A stretch of 64,000 nt of DNA from the NCBI GenBank assembly GCA_963768985.1, contig CAVYJZ010000001.1, positions 87,002-151,001 on the forward strand. Reading direction: 5' to 3'. The stretch is from an uncultured delta proteobacterium (GTDB lineage Bacteria; Myxococcota_A; Polyangia; Polyangiales; Houyiibacteriaceae). Within the stretch, counting starts at the first letter, position 1. Each line of letters opens with the position of its first letter. Shown here in pieces: positions 1 through 8,679 of this stretch. Both the position numbers and the translations under genes were made by a program. The notes below the pieces were generated by a model. The model did not search any database, was not told where the DNA came from, and was given only the letters and a program-made list of their open reading frames with translations.

Positions 1-342
1 AACAAGCGGCGTGCGCAAGGAATGCCGCTAGATGACGCAATCGTGGAAGCCGGCAAGTTGCGCCTCCGACCGATCTTTCTGACGAGCGTGACGACCATCG
101 CCGGTCTGGTGCCATTGTCACTGGCAGGTGACGTTCTCCCTCACCTGGCGCCCATGGCACAGGTGATCGTGTACGGCCTGACGTTCTCCACACTGCTTAC
201 TCTATTGGTGGTGCCCTGCCTGTATCGGCTCGATGTAGACTTGGCCGCGCGGGGGTCGCGTTGGTTTGCACCCATGAAGCGCTGGGCCACCGATCCGGGC
301 GCGGCAGCGGCTGACGACACCCCAGACACGAGCGCGGAGTGA
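1..342 (+). CDS. RND (AcrB/HAE1-type) efflux permease, C-terminal fragment; the 5' end lies outside the window
   Basis: The frame is open from nt 1. The sequence 'RLRPIFLTSVTTIAGLVPLSL...VIVYGLTFSTLLTLLVVPCLY' is typical of the last TM helices of RND pumps. Confidence 0.8.
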   Translation, partial: NKRRAQGMPLDDAIVEAGKLRLRPIFLTSVTTIAGLVPLSLAGDVLPHLAPMAQVIVYGLTFSTLLTLLVVPCLYRLDVDLAARGSRWFAPMKRWATDPGAAAADDTPDTSAE

Positions 343-394
343 CCGAAGGCGGCTGGTCGTGGCAGCCAGCTCTGGGAGCTGCTACGCGCAGCCC

Positions 395-1189
395 ATGGCC
401 AAGCGTTTCAAAAACCAAGTCGTTTGGATCACCGGCGGAGGGAGCGGGATTGGCCGCGCCCTCGCATTGGCGTTTGCAGACGAAGGTGCCTCGGTTGCGG
501 TTTCGGGCAGGCGCGAAGAGCGGCTCCACGAGGTGGTGCAGGAGCTCGAGGCAAGGGGTGCCAAAGGGTTGGCTGTCCGATGCGACGTCACGGATGAGGC
601 ATCGGTGGCGGAAGCCGTCCAGAAGATCGTTCGGGCTTGGGGCGGGCTGGATGTCGCAGTCGCCAACGCTGGCTTTGTCGTGGCCGGACGGATCGAGAAG
701 CTCTCCGCGGCCGATTGGCGACGGCAGCTCGACGTCAACGTGATTGGCGCTGCGATGACGGCGCGATACTCGATTCCGCATCTGCGCGAGCGAAAGGGGC
801 GCTTGGCGCTCGTCGGCAGCGTCGCAGCGATGATGCCGACGCCGGGCCTCGGCGCGTACTCCGCATCGAAGTATGCGGTCCGCGCGATCGGCCAGGCCGT
901 TGCGGTCGAGCTCCATGGCAGTGGCGTGACCTGCACCACGATTCATCCGGGCTACATCGAGAGCGAGATCGCCCAGGTCGACAACCAGGGCCGCTTCGAC
1001 GCTGCACGCAAAGACAGTCGCCCAAAGCAACTGATGTGGCCCGCCGATCGTGCAGCCCGGGTCATGGTCGACGCCATCGCGAAGCGGAAGCGCGAGCTGA
1101 CCTTCACAGGCCATGGCAAGATCGGCGCATTCGCTGGACGCCACATGCCTGGCCTGGTGCACTTCGGCCTCACTCGGGCCAAGAAGTAA
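395..1189 (+). CDS. Short-chain dehydrogenase/reductase (SDR)
   Basis: Rossmann motif 'ITGGGSGIGRA' and catalytic 'YSASKYAV'. I prefer the ATG at 395 (MAKRFKNQ) over the ORF-track start at 359. Confidence 0.85.
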   Translation: MAKRFKNQVVWITGGGSGIGRALALAFADEGASVAVSGRREERLHEVVQELEARGAKGLAVRCDVTDEASVAEAVQKIVRAWGGLDVAVANAGFVVAGRIEKLSAADWRRQLDVNVIGAAMTARYSIPHLRERKGRLALVGSVAAMMPTPGLGAYSASKYAVRAIGQAVAVELHGSGVTCTTIHPGYIESEIAQVDNQGRFDAARKDSRPKQLMWPADRAARVMVDAIAKRKRELTFTGHGKIGAFAGRHMPGLVHFGLTRAKK

Positions 1190-1192
1190 ACC

Positions 1193-2149
1193 CTATTCCA
1201 CCGTGTAGCGGAACATGAAGAGGAGATCGGTCTTCTTGAGGCCCCCGATGTCTTGCCGGAGGGATGCCTCGATGCCGACCTTGCCCTTGGTGAAACCGAC
1301 CCCGGCAGTCATTTGGTTGAGACCCCGGCCGCTATCGCGACGGTACCCAATACGCAGCGGAATCATCTCCCCCGCGATGTAACTGAGGCCTCCGCCGGCG
1401 ATCAACTTCGTGCTCGCGAAGGTCGTGAAGTCGAAGAGGATATCGCCGCCAACGCTGAAGCTCGCGACCGGCGCCAAGCTCACGCTGGCCCCAGCCATTT
1501 GCGGCGCGAGCGCCGAGTACGTCTTGACGAGGTTGTAGCCGAGACCTGAAATCCGAAGCCACGGAATCGGCGAGATCGTGGCAGACGCATCGAGGGTGAT
1601 GCCATTGAACGAGGGGCCTACCAGCTGACCATCGACTCGATCCCCATCGAGCTTCGCCCACCGAAAGCCGATGCCTAGGCCAAGCTGCGGGATCGCCTGA
1701 ACGCCGATGCCGGAGCGCCAATCCCAGCCACTATAGAGCCTGTCTTGCCCGCTGAAGACGCCTCGGAAGCTGGTCCCCATGGCTACCTTCTTGCTCGTGG
1801 TCGAGTCGACCACCGAGCTGCCAATCGTCCAATACGTGCCGCCTTGACCCTTGTTGCCGGGTACGATCTGGGAGAAGGCCTCGATGTGATAGGCCGAGAC
1901 GGCCGCCATGTTGGAGGTGTTGTAAGCAAGCGCCGAGGTCCCCGTCGCTCCGGCGCGCGCACCAGAGCCCATCGCCAAGCCATAGGTGGTCTCGAGCGTG
2001 TCTTGCGGGGGCTGATTCGAGGGGCTGACCGCGCCACCGACGCCGGACGGCGCTTCGACCTGGGCAAACGCGGCGTGCAATGGGCACAGCACGGTCGATA
2101 GACCGACGATCCACGTCGCCCCCAGAGCTCGTCTTCCCCACGTGACCAA
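1193..2149 (-). CDS. Hypothetical outer-membrane beta-barrel-like protein
   Basis: N-terminal signal peptide (LSTVLCPLHAAFAQ). Gly/Ser-rich alternating pattern and an aromatic-rich C-terminus 'LLFMFRYTVE'. No family recognised. Confidence 0.5.
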   Translation of the reverse strand: MVTWGRRALGATWIVGLSTVLCPLHAAFAQVEAPSGVGGAVSPSNQPPQDTLETTYGLAMGSGARAGATGTSALAYNTSNMAAVSAYHIEAFSQIVPGNKGQGGTYWTIGSSVVDSTTSKKVAMGTSFRGVFSGQDRLYSGWDWRSGIGVQAIPQLGLGIGFRWAKLDGDRVDGQLVGPSFNGITLDASATISPIPWLRISGLGYNLVKTYSALAPQMAGASVSLAPVASFSVGGDILFDFTTFASTKLIAGGGLSYIAGEMIPLRIGYRRDSGRGLNQMTAGVGFTKGKVGIEASLRQDIGGLKKTDLLFMFRYTVE

Positions 2150-2416
2150 TTCTGGGAGAAGCTAACAGCGATGGATCACCCTTCCAAATTGTCGACCCCG
2201 GTACCCTAATTCGCCGATGGGGCAATAGCCGTGGGTCGTGCCCGCAGCTCTGACCGGCGCGCGGGGAGAGTGTCCGTTCATCCTGCTGACGCATGGATGC
2301 AAACGAGATACCTGCACCGACGATGAACACCTGCGCGGGTGGTACGCGCGATCGAAGCGGGTCGATCCGTTGGTACGAAATCCGACCGAAACATCGGGAC
2401 TTCTTGGTGGACAAGT

Positions 2417-2799
2417 TGTGGATTGAACACCCGGCATGCTGCGATCACTCGTGATCACGGTGTCGAAGAATCCACACAGCTCGTGGAAGATCGATGTGCG
2501 AGAGGGCCGCGAATGTTGCGCAAACGATAACAAGACATAATCCGAAGTGATTGCAACAGCTTGTCAACACCGGTGCAACAGTGCTCAAATCGGCGCGCGT
2601 GTCTGTCAAAAAAACTGCATGCGAATCTTTCGCGATCACGTGCGTTTAGAAATTTGTTTGTCGATCCCCGTAGACGCTTTGGAAACTCGCTGCTAGTTTC
2701 GGCGCCCTTCACTCGAAGGATACCGGTCGGCGGTCGGCAGAGTCGACGCACATTGGTGGATACAACGGTGGTGACTCGGACCAGGGAAGCTGTGGATAC
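2417..2799. promoter_or_regulatory. Cluster of DnaA-box-like 9-mers in the roughly 700-bp non-coding gap upstream of dnaA (dnaA autoregulation and/or part of oriC)
   Basis: TGTGGATTG 2417-2425, GAATCCACA 2468-2476, TTGTCAACA 2561-2569, TGGTGGATA 2754-2762, TGTGGATAC 2791-2799. Each matches TTATCCACA or its complement at 7-8 of 9 positions. Confidence 0.4.
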
Positions 2800-2848
2800 C
2801 CTGGGGACGTGAATGCTGGGGTGCGCCTTTTTTGGGGGCAGGGACACG

Positions 2849-4207
2849 ATGATACAACTGTGGGAAAAAGCGCTCGACCGTCTAAAAGGGAACCTATCAC
2901 CCGAGAACTTCGAGACCTGGCTGCGTCCTGTTCAGTTTGGAGGCATCGAGAGCGATGCACTCGTTCTACGGATTCCCAATCAGTTCTTCGCGGAGTGGAT
3001 CACCGCACACTACCTGGACATGATCGTCGAGACCCTGCAGGCCGAAGCGGGCGAAACTCCAGTGCCAAACAAAGTTCGCTGGGAGCTCGACGATACCCTC
3101 CGTGAAATGGCACAAGAATCGCGCGAGTCGGCTGCACCGCCTGCTCCTCGTGCTCCTCGTGCGACGCCGCAGGCTCCCGCGACGGCTGATCTCAACCCGA
3201 AGTATCGATTCAAGAACTTCGTCGTAGGGCCGGCGAATCAGCTTGCGCACGCGGCGAGCGTTGCTTGCAGCTCGGATCCGGGTTGTCGTTACAACCCACT
3301 CTTCATTTACGGCGGCGTCGGTCTCGGCAAGACGCATTTGGTCAATGCAATCGGCCACGCGATCATGCAGCGAAACCCCCGCGCGCGGATCTTGTACGTG
3401 TCCGCGGAGCGCTTCACGAACGAATTCATTTGGTCCTTGCAGAACCAGCAGATCAACGCGTTCCGACAGCGGTATCGTTCCCGATGCGACGTGCTCTTGA
3501 TGGACGACATTCAGTTCCTCGCCGGCAGAGAGCAGACGCAGGAAGAATTCTTCCACACGTTCAATGCCCTCTACCACTCGGACAAGCAGATCGTCGTGAC
3601 CTCCGACGTCTATCCACAGCAGATCTCGGAAATGCAGGAACGCCTGGTCAGTCGCTTCCAATCGGGCATGGTCGCCGACGTCCAGGCACCCGAGCTCGAC
3701 ACCCGCATCGCCATTTTGCAGCAGAAGGCCGAGAGCGAAGGGATCGAGCTGCAGAGCGAGGTCGCTCTGTTCTTGGCTCAGACGGTCAGAAGCAACGTGC
3801 GTCAACTCGAAGGTACCCTTTTGCGAATCGCAGTCCGGGCCGAGTTGCTCGGGCTTCCCATCGACCTCGAGCTGGCCAAGGAGACGATGCGAGCAATCGT
3901 CCCATCCCAAGACGCCGAGACGTCGGTGGAAGACATCCAGCGCATTGCGTGCGGCTATTTCGGTATCCGTCTTGCCGACCTCAAGTCACGGCGGCGTCAC
4001 CGTGCCGTCAGCTTTCCCCGAATGGTCGCGATGTACATCTGCCGGCAGCGGCTCGGGACGAGCTATCCGGAGCTTGGTGAACGCTTTGGCGGCAAGGATC
4101 ACACGACCGTGATCAGCGCTGTTCGCAAAATCGGCGGCCTGATCGAGGCACAAGACGATCGCGTTCTTGGTGCCGTGGGGGCCATCGAGCGCAAGCTCGG
4201 TGTCTGA
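2849..4207 (+). CDS. dnaA: Chromosomal replication initiator DnaA
   Basis: Starts 'MIQLWEKALDRL'. Walker A 'GGVGLGKTHL'. C-terminal DNA-binding domain 'FPRMVAMYICRQ...GGKDHTTVISAVRKI'. ATG at 2849. Confidence 0.97.
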   Translation: MIQLWEKALDRLKGNLSPENFETWLRPVQFGGIESDALVLRIPNQFFAEWITAHYLDMIVETLQAEAGETPVPNKVRWELDDTLREMAQESRESAAPPAPRAPRATPQAPATADLNPKYRFKNFVVGPANQLAHAASVACSSDPGCRYNPLFIYGGVGLGKTHLVNAIGHAIMQRNPRARILYVSAERFTNEFIWSLQNQQINAFRQRYRSRCDVLLMDDIQFLAGREQTQEEFFHTFNALYHSDKQIVVTSDVYPQQISEMQERLVSRFQSGMVADVQAPELDTRIAILQQKAESEGIELQSEVALFLAQTVRSNVRQLEGTLLRIAVRAELLGLPIDLELAKETMRAIVPSQDAETSVEDIQRIACGYFGIRLADLKSRRRHRAVSFPRMVAMYICRQRLGTSYPELGERFGGKDHTTVISAVRKIGGLIEAQDDRVLGAVGAIERKLGV

Positions 4208-4353
4208 TGCCGCGCGGTTTCTGGCCGGGTTGGGGGGTTCCTTCGAAGGTCTCGGCAAGCCGGGCCTTCCATACGCTTTTGGTGTATACCAGCGCCTGTG
4301 CGTAGCCTGAGATCAAGTTGTGGGGTTCTGCTGGGGATGGGTCCTGACGAGCT

Positions 4354-4490
4354 CTATCCCCACCGAGGCCACGATCAGTCACCGCCACGGAATTCATTCA
4401 AAGCTTAGTTTTTCCAAATGGTTACATTACTTCATACACAATTCACAGCTGTTAAGACGACGATGAATTTTAAAATTAAGGATCTAACGC
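4354..4490. promoter_or_regulatory. Candidate oriC core / DNA-unwinding element in the dnaA-dnaN intergenic region
   Basis: By hand count, 4391-4490 is about 31% G+C in an otherwise GC-rich window. DnaA-box-like sites: CTATCCCCA 4354-4362, TCATACACA 4432-4440 (8/9 to TTWTNCACA), CAATTCACA 4439-4447. An A/T run 'gaattttaaaattaag' is also present. Confidence 0.45.
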
Positions 4491-4532
4491 GGTGAACAAA
4501 CAGACTCAGCCGTACAGGGAGTGAACCAAAAC

Positions 4533-5669
4533 ATGGAGCTCACGATCGACAAGCAACAGTTCCTCCGTGGCCTTGCGCGTACACACGGTGTCGCTGATCG
4601 CAAAAGCTCGATGCACATCTTGTCGAATGTCTTGCTTTCTGCCGAGGGAACGAACCGTCTTCGCTTGTCCGCAACCGATCTGTACCTCGGCGTGACAGCA
4701 GTCGTTCCCGCGAAGATCAAGAAGGGCGGCACGATCGCGGTTGCTGCGCGAACACTATTCGACATCGTGAAAAACCTTCCCGATGGTGAGGTCAGCTGGA
4801 AGCTCAGCGACAGCCATGCAGTCGAGCTGAGCTGTGGCAAGGTGCGCTATCGCATCCCAGCGATGCCAGGCGAAGATTTCCCGCCACTGCCAAATCCTGG
4901 TGATGCCGATTTTGCTCACCTCGACGCGGGCCGGCTCGCAGACCTGATTTCGCTTACCCAGTATTCGATGTCTCACGACGACACGAGACCGCATCTTGCA
5001 GGGACCCTCTTCGAAGGCGACGGGAAGGTGGTTCGCATGGTGACGACGGATGGGCATCGTTTGTCGAAGGCTGAGCAGAAGATCAGCAGCAAAGGTTCGA
5101 TGATGAACTTCAGCATGCTGATTCCCCACAAGGGCATCGCTGAGCTGAAGAAGCTCTTGGACGACATCAAAACCGCGAAGGGCAAGGCAGACGAACCGAC
5201 CACGATCGGTATTGCCACCTCCGGAGGAAACGCATTCTTTCAGAGGGATGATTTGTGTCTCAGCGTCAAGCTCGCAGATGAGAACTTCCCGCCGTACAAC
5301 AAGGTCATCCCGAGCAAGCAAACCCGTACAGTCATTGCTGCGCGCGGACCGCTGGTCGAGGCCTTGAGACGCATCAGCTTGGTAGCCAACGACAAGAGCG
5401 GTGGGGTGCAGTTGATGATCGAACCGGGGGTCCTGCGCCTTCAAAGCCAGAACCCGGAGGTCGGCGAAGGCAGTGAAGAGGTCGATGTCGACTATGCGGG
5501 GGAAGGCCTACGCATTGGATTCAATGCGCGTTATCTTCTCGACGCGCTGAGTGCGTTGCCCTACGACGAAGTCGCAATCGAGCTCAGCGGGGAGCGTGAC
5601 CCAGGGGTGCTCAAACCCGTTGGGGAGAACACGGATTTCATTGGCGTCATCATGCCCATGCGCATCTAG
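4533..5669 (+). CDS. dnaN: DNA polymerase III beta sliding clamp
   Basis: Starts 'MELTIDKQQFLRGL...HILSNVLL' and ends 'GVIMPMRI'. AGGGA lies 13 nt upstream of the ATG at 4533. The ORF-track GTG at 4521 is an alternative start. Confidence 0.95.
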   Translation: MELTIDKQQFLRGLARTHGVADRKSSMHILSNVLLSAEGTNRLRLSATDLYLGVTAVVPAKIKKGGTIAVAARTLFDIVKNLPDGEVSWKLSDSHAVELSCGKVRYRIPAMPGEDFPPLPNPGDADFAHLDAGRLADLISLTQYSMSHDDTRPHLAGTLFEGDGKVVRMVTTDGHRLSKAEQKISSKGSMMNFSMLIPHKGIAELKKLLDDIKTAKGKADEPTTIGIATSGGNAFFQRDDLCLSVKLADENFPPYNKVIPSKQTRTVIAARGPLVEALRRISLVANDKSGGVQLMIEPGVLRLQSQNPEVGEGSEEVDVDYAGEGLRIGFNARYLLDALSALPYDEVAIELSGERDPGVLKPVGENTDFIGVIMPMRI

Positions 5670-5717
5670 GGCAGGGAATTGACCAAGAATTCGCGGAGCA
5701 CGCATGGCCCCAGCCGG

Positions 5718-6788
5718 GTGACTGCCCTTCGCGCTCGCGGCTTTCGCAACCTTCAATCGCTCGCGTTCGAGCCCGGCTCGCACTTCAATGTCATTCACGG
5801 TGACAATGGAGCCGGAAAGTCGAATGTGCTCGAGGCGATCTACTATCTGGGTGCGCTCCACAGCTTCCGAGGGGCGAAGACCGAAGACCTGATCGCACTC
5901 GATTCCGATGGTGCTCTGCTCGATGCCAACTTGGATGGAGGAGCAGCGCCTCACAAACTGCGAATCGACATCAGTCGTACTGAGCGGCGACGCCTACTGC
6001 TCGATGCAAAGCGTCCGCGCTCGACCAGTGTCTGGCATCAAACCGTTCGGATGGTGTTGTTTCATCCCGGGGATCTCGTGTTGGCTGCAGGCTCGCCCGA
6101 CAAGCGGCGCGCGTTTCTCGACCGGATGCTCGAGCAAATGGATCCGATCTACAGCTCGACGCTTGCGACTTACGAGAAGGCCCTGAGGAGCCGCAATCGA
6201 TTGCTCAAGGATGAGCGCACCGACCGCCGGTCCATTCGCGCCTACGATGCCATTCTGAGCAAGGCAGGGGCGGTAATCGGCCAGGCCCGCGGACGCCTGA
6301 TCGCAGATCTGGCCCCACGGGTGGAGCGTGCGTTCACCGACGTTTTCGCGGGTGATACGCCGCTGGGGGTTCGATACCTGCCACGGGTCGAGCCTACGGA
6401 GGAAACGATCGCCGAGGCACTCGAACGAGCGTTCGACAAGGACCGGGCTCGGGGGTTTACCGCAGACGGACCCCATGGGGATGATCTCGAGTTGCGCCTA
6501 CACGAGGTCGGCGCACGTCATCACGGTTCGCAGGGCCAACACAGAACCATCGTCCTCGCGCTCAAGATCGCGGAGCTCGACTTGCTGAGCGAGCGAACGG
6601 GCAGGGTGCCGATCCTCCTACTGGACGATGTGTCGAGCGAGCTTGATCGAAGCCGCAACCGCAGATTTTTCGAGGTCCTGAGCCATGCAGGCGGGCAGGT
6701 CTTCCTGACCACCACACATCCGGAGTTCATCCTCCTCGAGCACGACCGGGTCGACTTCTCCGTCACCGGCGGGCGTGTCACTCGATGA
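5718..6788 (+). CDS. recF: DNA replication/repair protein RecF
   Basis: 'LRARGFRNL', Walker A 'GDNGAGKSNVLEAI', and 'LLLDDVSSELD'. The start is uncertain: GTG at 5718 gives a canonical N-terminus, and TTG at 5679 is also possible. Confidence 0.92.
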   Translation: MTALRARGFRNLQSLAFEPGSHFNVIHGDNGAGKSNVLEAIYYLGALHSFRGAKTEDLIALDSDGALLDANLDGGAAPHKLRIDISRTERRRLLLDAKRPRSTSVWHQTVRMVLFHPGDLVLAAGSPDKRRAFLDRMLEQMDPIYSSTLATYEKALRSRNRLLKDERTDRRSIRAYDAILSKAGAVIGQARGRLIADLAPRVERAFTDVFAGDTPLGVRYLPRVEPTEETIAEALERAFDKDRARGFTADGPHGDDLELRLHEVGARHHGSQGQHRTIVLALKIAELDLLSERTGRVPILLLDDVSSELDRSRNRRFFEVLSHAGGQVFLTTTHPEFILLEHDRVDFSVTGGRVTR

Positions 6789-7455
6789 TCTTGGCGCTCT
6801 TGATGTAATCGAGCTTCGGGAAGCTCTCTCGAAGGTAGGCGTTGCCCCGGGTCTGCATCAAGCCCTGGTCGGGGCCGCGACCTCGCGGCGCGCCTTCGCC
6901 GTAACCGTCATAGAGAGCGTCGACTGGCGTCATGTCCTTGACCTTGCCAAAGGGGGCGAAGCCCATGCCGTCGAGCCTGGAATTGTCGGTGAAGTTGATG
7001 AAGAACTGGGTCGTTCGCGAGTTCGGTCCCGAGGTGGCGAACGTGACGGTGCCGCGCGAGTTGCTCGCCTTCACGGAGTCGTCCGGGATGCGCTTCTCGC
7101 GCCACTGCGTGTTGAGCGCTGGGTCGCCACTGATGCCGACCTGGGCCATGAACCCGTTGATGACGCGAAAGAACGCGACATCGGTGTAATAGCCGTTCTG
7201 AACCAGCTCGTAGAAGCGATCCGCACCGTTCGGAGCCCAGTCGCGGCGAACGTCGATGACGATCGGGCCTTTAGTGGTATCGAGCTCGACCGTGTACTGG
7301 TCCGGTGCTCGTCCCGGGTCTTCCTGCGCTTCGAGCGTCTTCGCGGCAGCGGGCGCAGGGCTTTCTTCGCCTGGGCTCGTGCTCTTTGCGGTCTCTTCCT
7401 TGGGGCATCCAATCAGGAATGCTCCGGCCAACATGATCAGGGCTGCAGTTCGCAT
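6778..7455 (-). CDS. Cyclophilin-type peptidyl-prolyl cis-trans isomerase, lipoprotein
   Basis: 'FFRVINGFMAQVG...GTVTFATSGPNSRTTQFFINF'. Lipobox 'LAGAFLIGC' follows the ATG at 7455. The longer ORF-track N-terminus is rejected. Confidence 0.9.
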   Translation of the reverse strand: MRTAALIMLAGAFLIGCPKEETAKSTSPGEESPAPAAAKTLEAQEDPGRAPDQYTVELDTTKGPIVIDVRRDWAPNGADRFYELVQNGYYTDVAFFRVINGFMAQVGISGDPALNTQWREKRIPDDSVKASNSRGTVTFATSGPNSRTTQFFINFTDNSRLDGMGFAPFGKVKDMTPVDALYDGYGEGAPRGRGPDQGLMQTRGNAYLRESFPKLDYIKSAKIIE

Positions 7456-7504
7456 GCCCGTACCTTGGCAAGCTCGGGCGCGAGCGCAAGTCATCGTAGC
7501 AGGG

Positions 7505-8599
7505 CTAGGCGTCGAAGAGACCGCGCAGCTTCTTGAGGAAGCTCGCCTGCTGGGGATAGCTAGCATTGCCGCTCTCTTCGGCGAGCTCGGTGATGAGCCT
7601 GCGCTGCCGACGGCTCACTTCCTGGGGCACCTCGACGACGACCGTGACGAGCTGATCCCCCTTGCCATATCCGCCGTATACGGGGATTCCCTTACCACGC
7701 AGCCGAAACACCTTCCCGGACTGGGTTCCCGGAGGAACCTTCATCGCGACTTTGCCTTCCAGGGTTGGGACATCGATGGTCGCACCGAGCACCGCCTGTG
7801 GGAACGAGATGGGGATCGAAACCAAAATGTCGGCGCCCTCGCTCTGGAACAGCGGGTGATCGCTGACCTTGATGTTGATGTGAAGGTCACCATTTCCGGC
7901 GGCGCTCGTCTCGCCAGCGCCTCGCACGGTGCGGACCGCTCCATCTCGAACACCGGCGGGGATCTTCACGTTCATCGATTCGGGCCGCATCCTGGTGCCG
8001 GCACCGCCGCACGCATCGCAGGGCGATGGAATCTTCGTACCCGTGCCACCGCATGCATGGCAGGACCGCGCAGCTGCGAAGAGGCCCCGTTGATATTTCA
8101 CCTGTCCGCGGCCCTGGCAAACGTTGCACTTGTGAACCGGGGTCCCCGGCTTCGCGCCTTCACCATTGCACGCCGCGCAAGGAGCGGGGCGGTTTACGTC
8201 GATCTTCTTGTCGGTGCCGAGTGCGGCTTCGACGAATGAGATCTCTAGGTCGTAGGTGAGGTCTCGACCGCCGCGTCGCTTGCGGCGACCACCGCTGAAC
8301 ACGTCGCCGAACAGTCCTTCGAGTATGTCGGTGACGGCGCCGAAGTCGCCCGGTTCGAAGCCCGGGCCCCCAGGGTCGAATGCGGCATGACCGAAGCGGT
8401 CATACTGCCTGCGCCGTTCCGGGTCGCTGAGGATCGTATACGCTTCGCTCGCTTCTTTGAAGAAGTCCTCGGCAGCGGGATCATCGGGGTTGCGATCGGG
8501 GTGAAACCGCATCGCGAGCGCGCGAAACGCTTGCTTGATCTCGTCGGGCGACGCACTGCGATCGACTTCTAGAATCAGGTAGTAGTCACGCTTCGACAC
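7505..8599 (-). CDS. dnaJ: Molecular chaperone DnaJ (type I, with zinc-finger domain)
   Basis: J-domain 'DYYLILEV...HPDRNP'. Four CxxCxGxG repeats (CAACNGEG, CNVCQGRG, CHACGGTG, CDACGGAG). GTG start at 8599. The 574-aa ORF-track N-extension is Arg/Pro-rich junk. Confidence 0.9.
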   Translation of the reverse strand: MSKRDYYLILEVDRSASPDEIKQAFRALAMRFHPDRNPDDPAAEDFFKEASEAYTILSDPERRRQYDRFGHAAFDPGGPGFEPGDFGAVTDILEGLFGDVFSGGRRKRRGGRDLTYDLEISFVEAALGTDKKIDVNRPAPCAACNGEGAKPGTPVHKCNVCQGRGQVKYQRGLFAAARSCHACGGTGTKIPSPCDACGGAGTRMRPESMNVKIPAGVRDGAVRTVRGAGETSAAGNGDLHINIKVSDHPLFQSEGADILVSIPISFPQAVLGATIDVPTLEGKVAMKVPPGTQSGKVFRLRGKGIPVYGGYGKGDQLVTVVVEVPQEVSRRQRRLITELAEESGNASYPQQASFLKKLRGLFDA

Positions 8600-8679
8600 A
8601 GGTTTTTCGCAGTGTAGGCGCGCAAACGGTCGGCGCAAACAGCATGGATAAGTGTCTCGGAATGTGGGAGGGGAGGTAC

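Noticed and set aside
197-1162. A 321-aa minus-strand ORF covering the SDR gene.
   Set aside because: It is antisense to a gene with clear SDR motifs. The product is Arg/Ala/Pro-rich with no recognisable domain. This is a typical shadow ORF of high-GC DNA.
2573-2580. GTGCAACA, the half-site of the bio palindrome, also occurs upstream of dnaA.
   Set aside because: A single 8-mer is expected about once or twice by chance in 64 kb on two strands. There is no dyad partner.
2966-3910. A 314-aa minus-strand ORF and a 271-aa plus-strand alternative frame inside dnaA.
   Set aside because: DnaA motifs are unambiguous in the annotated frame. The alternatives are low-complexity GC-driven frames.
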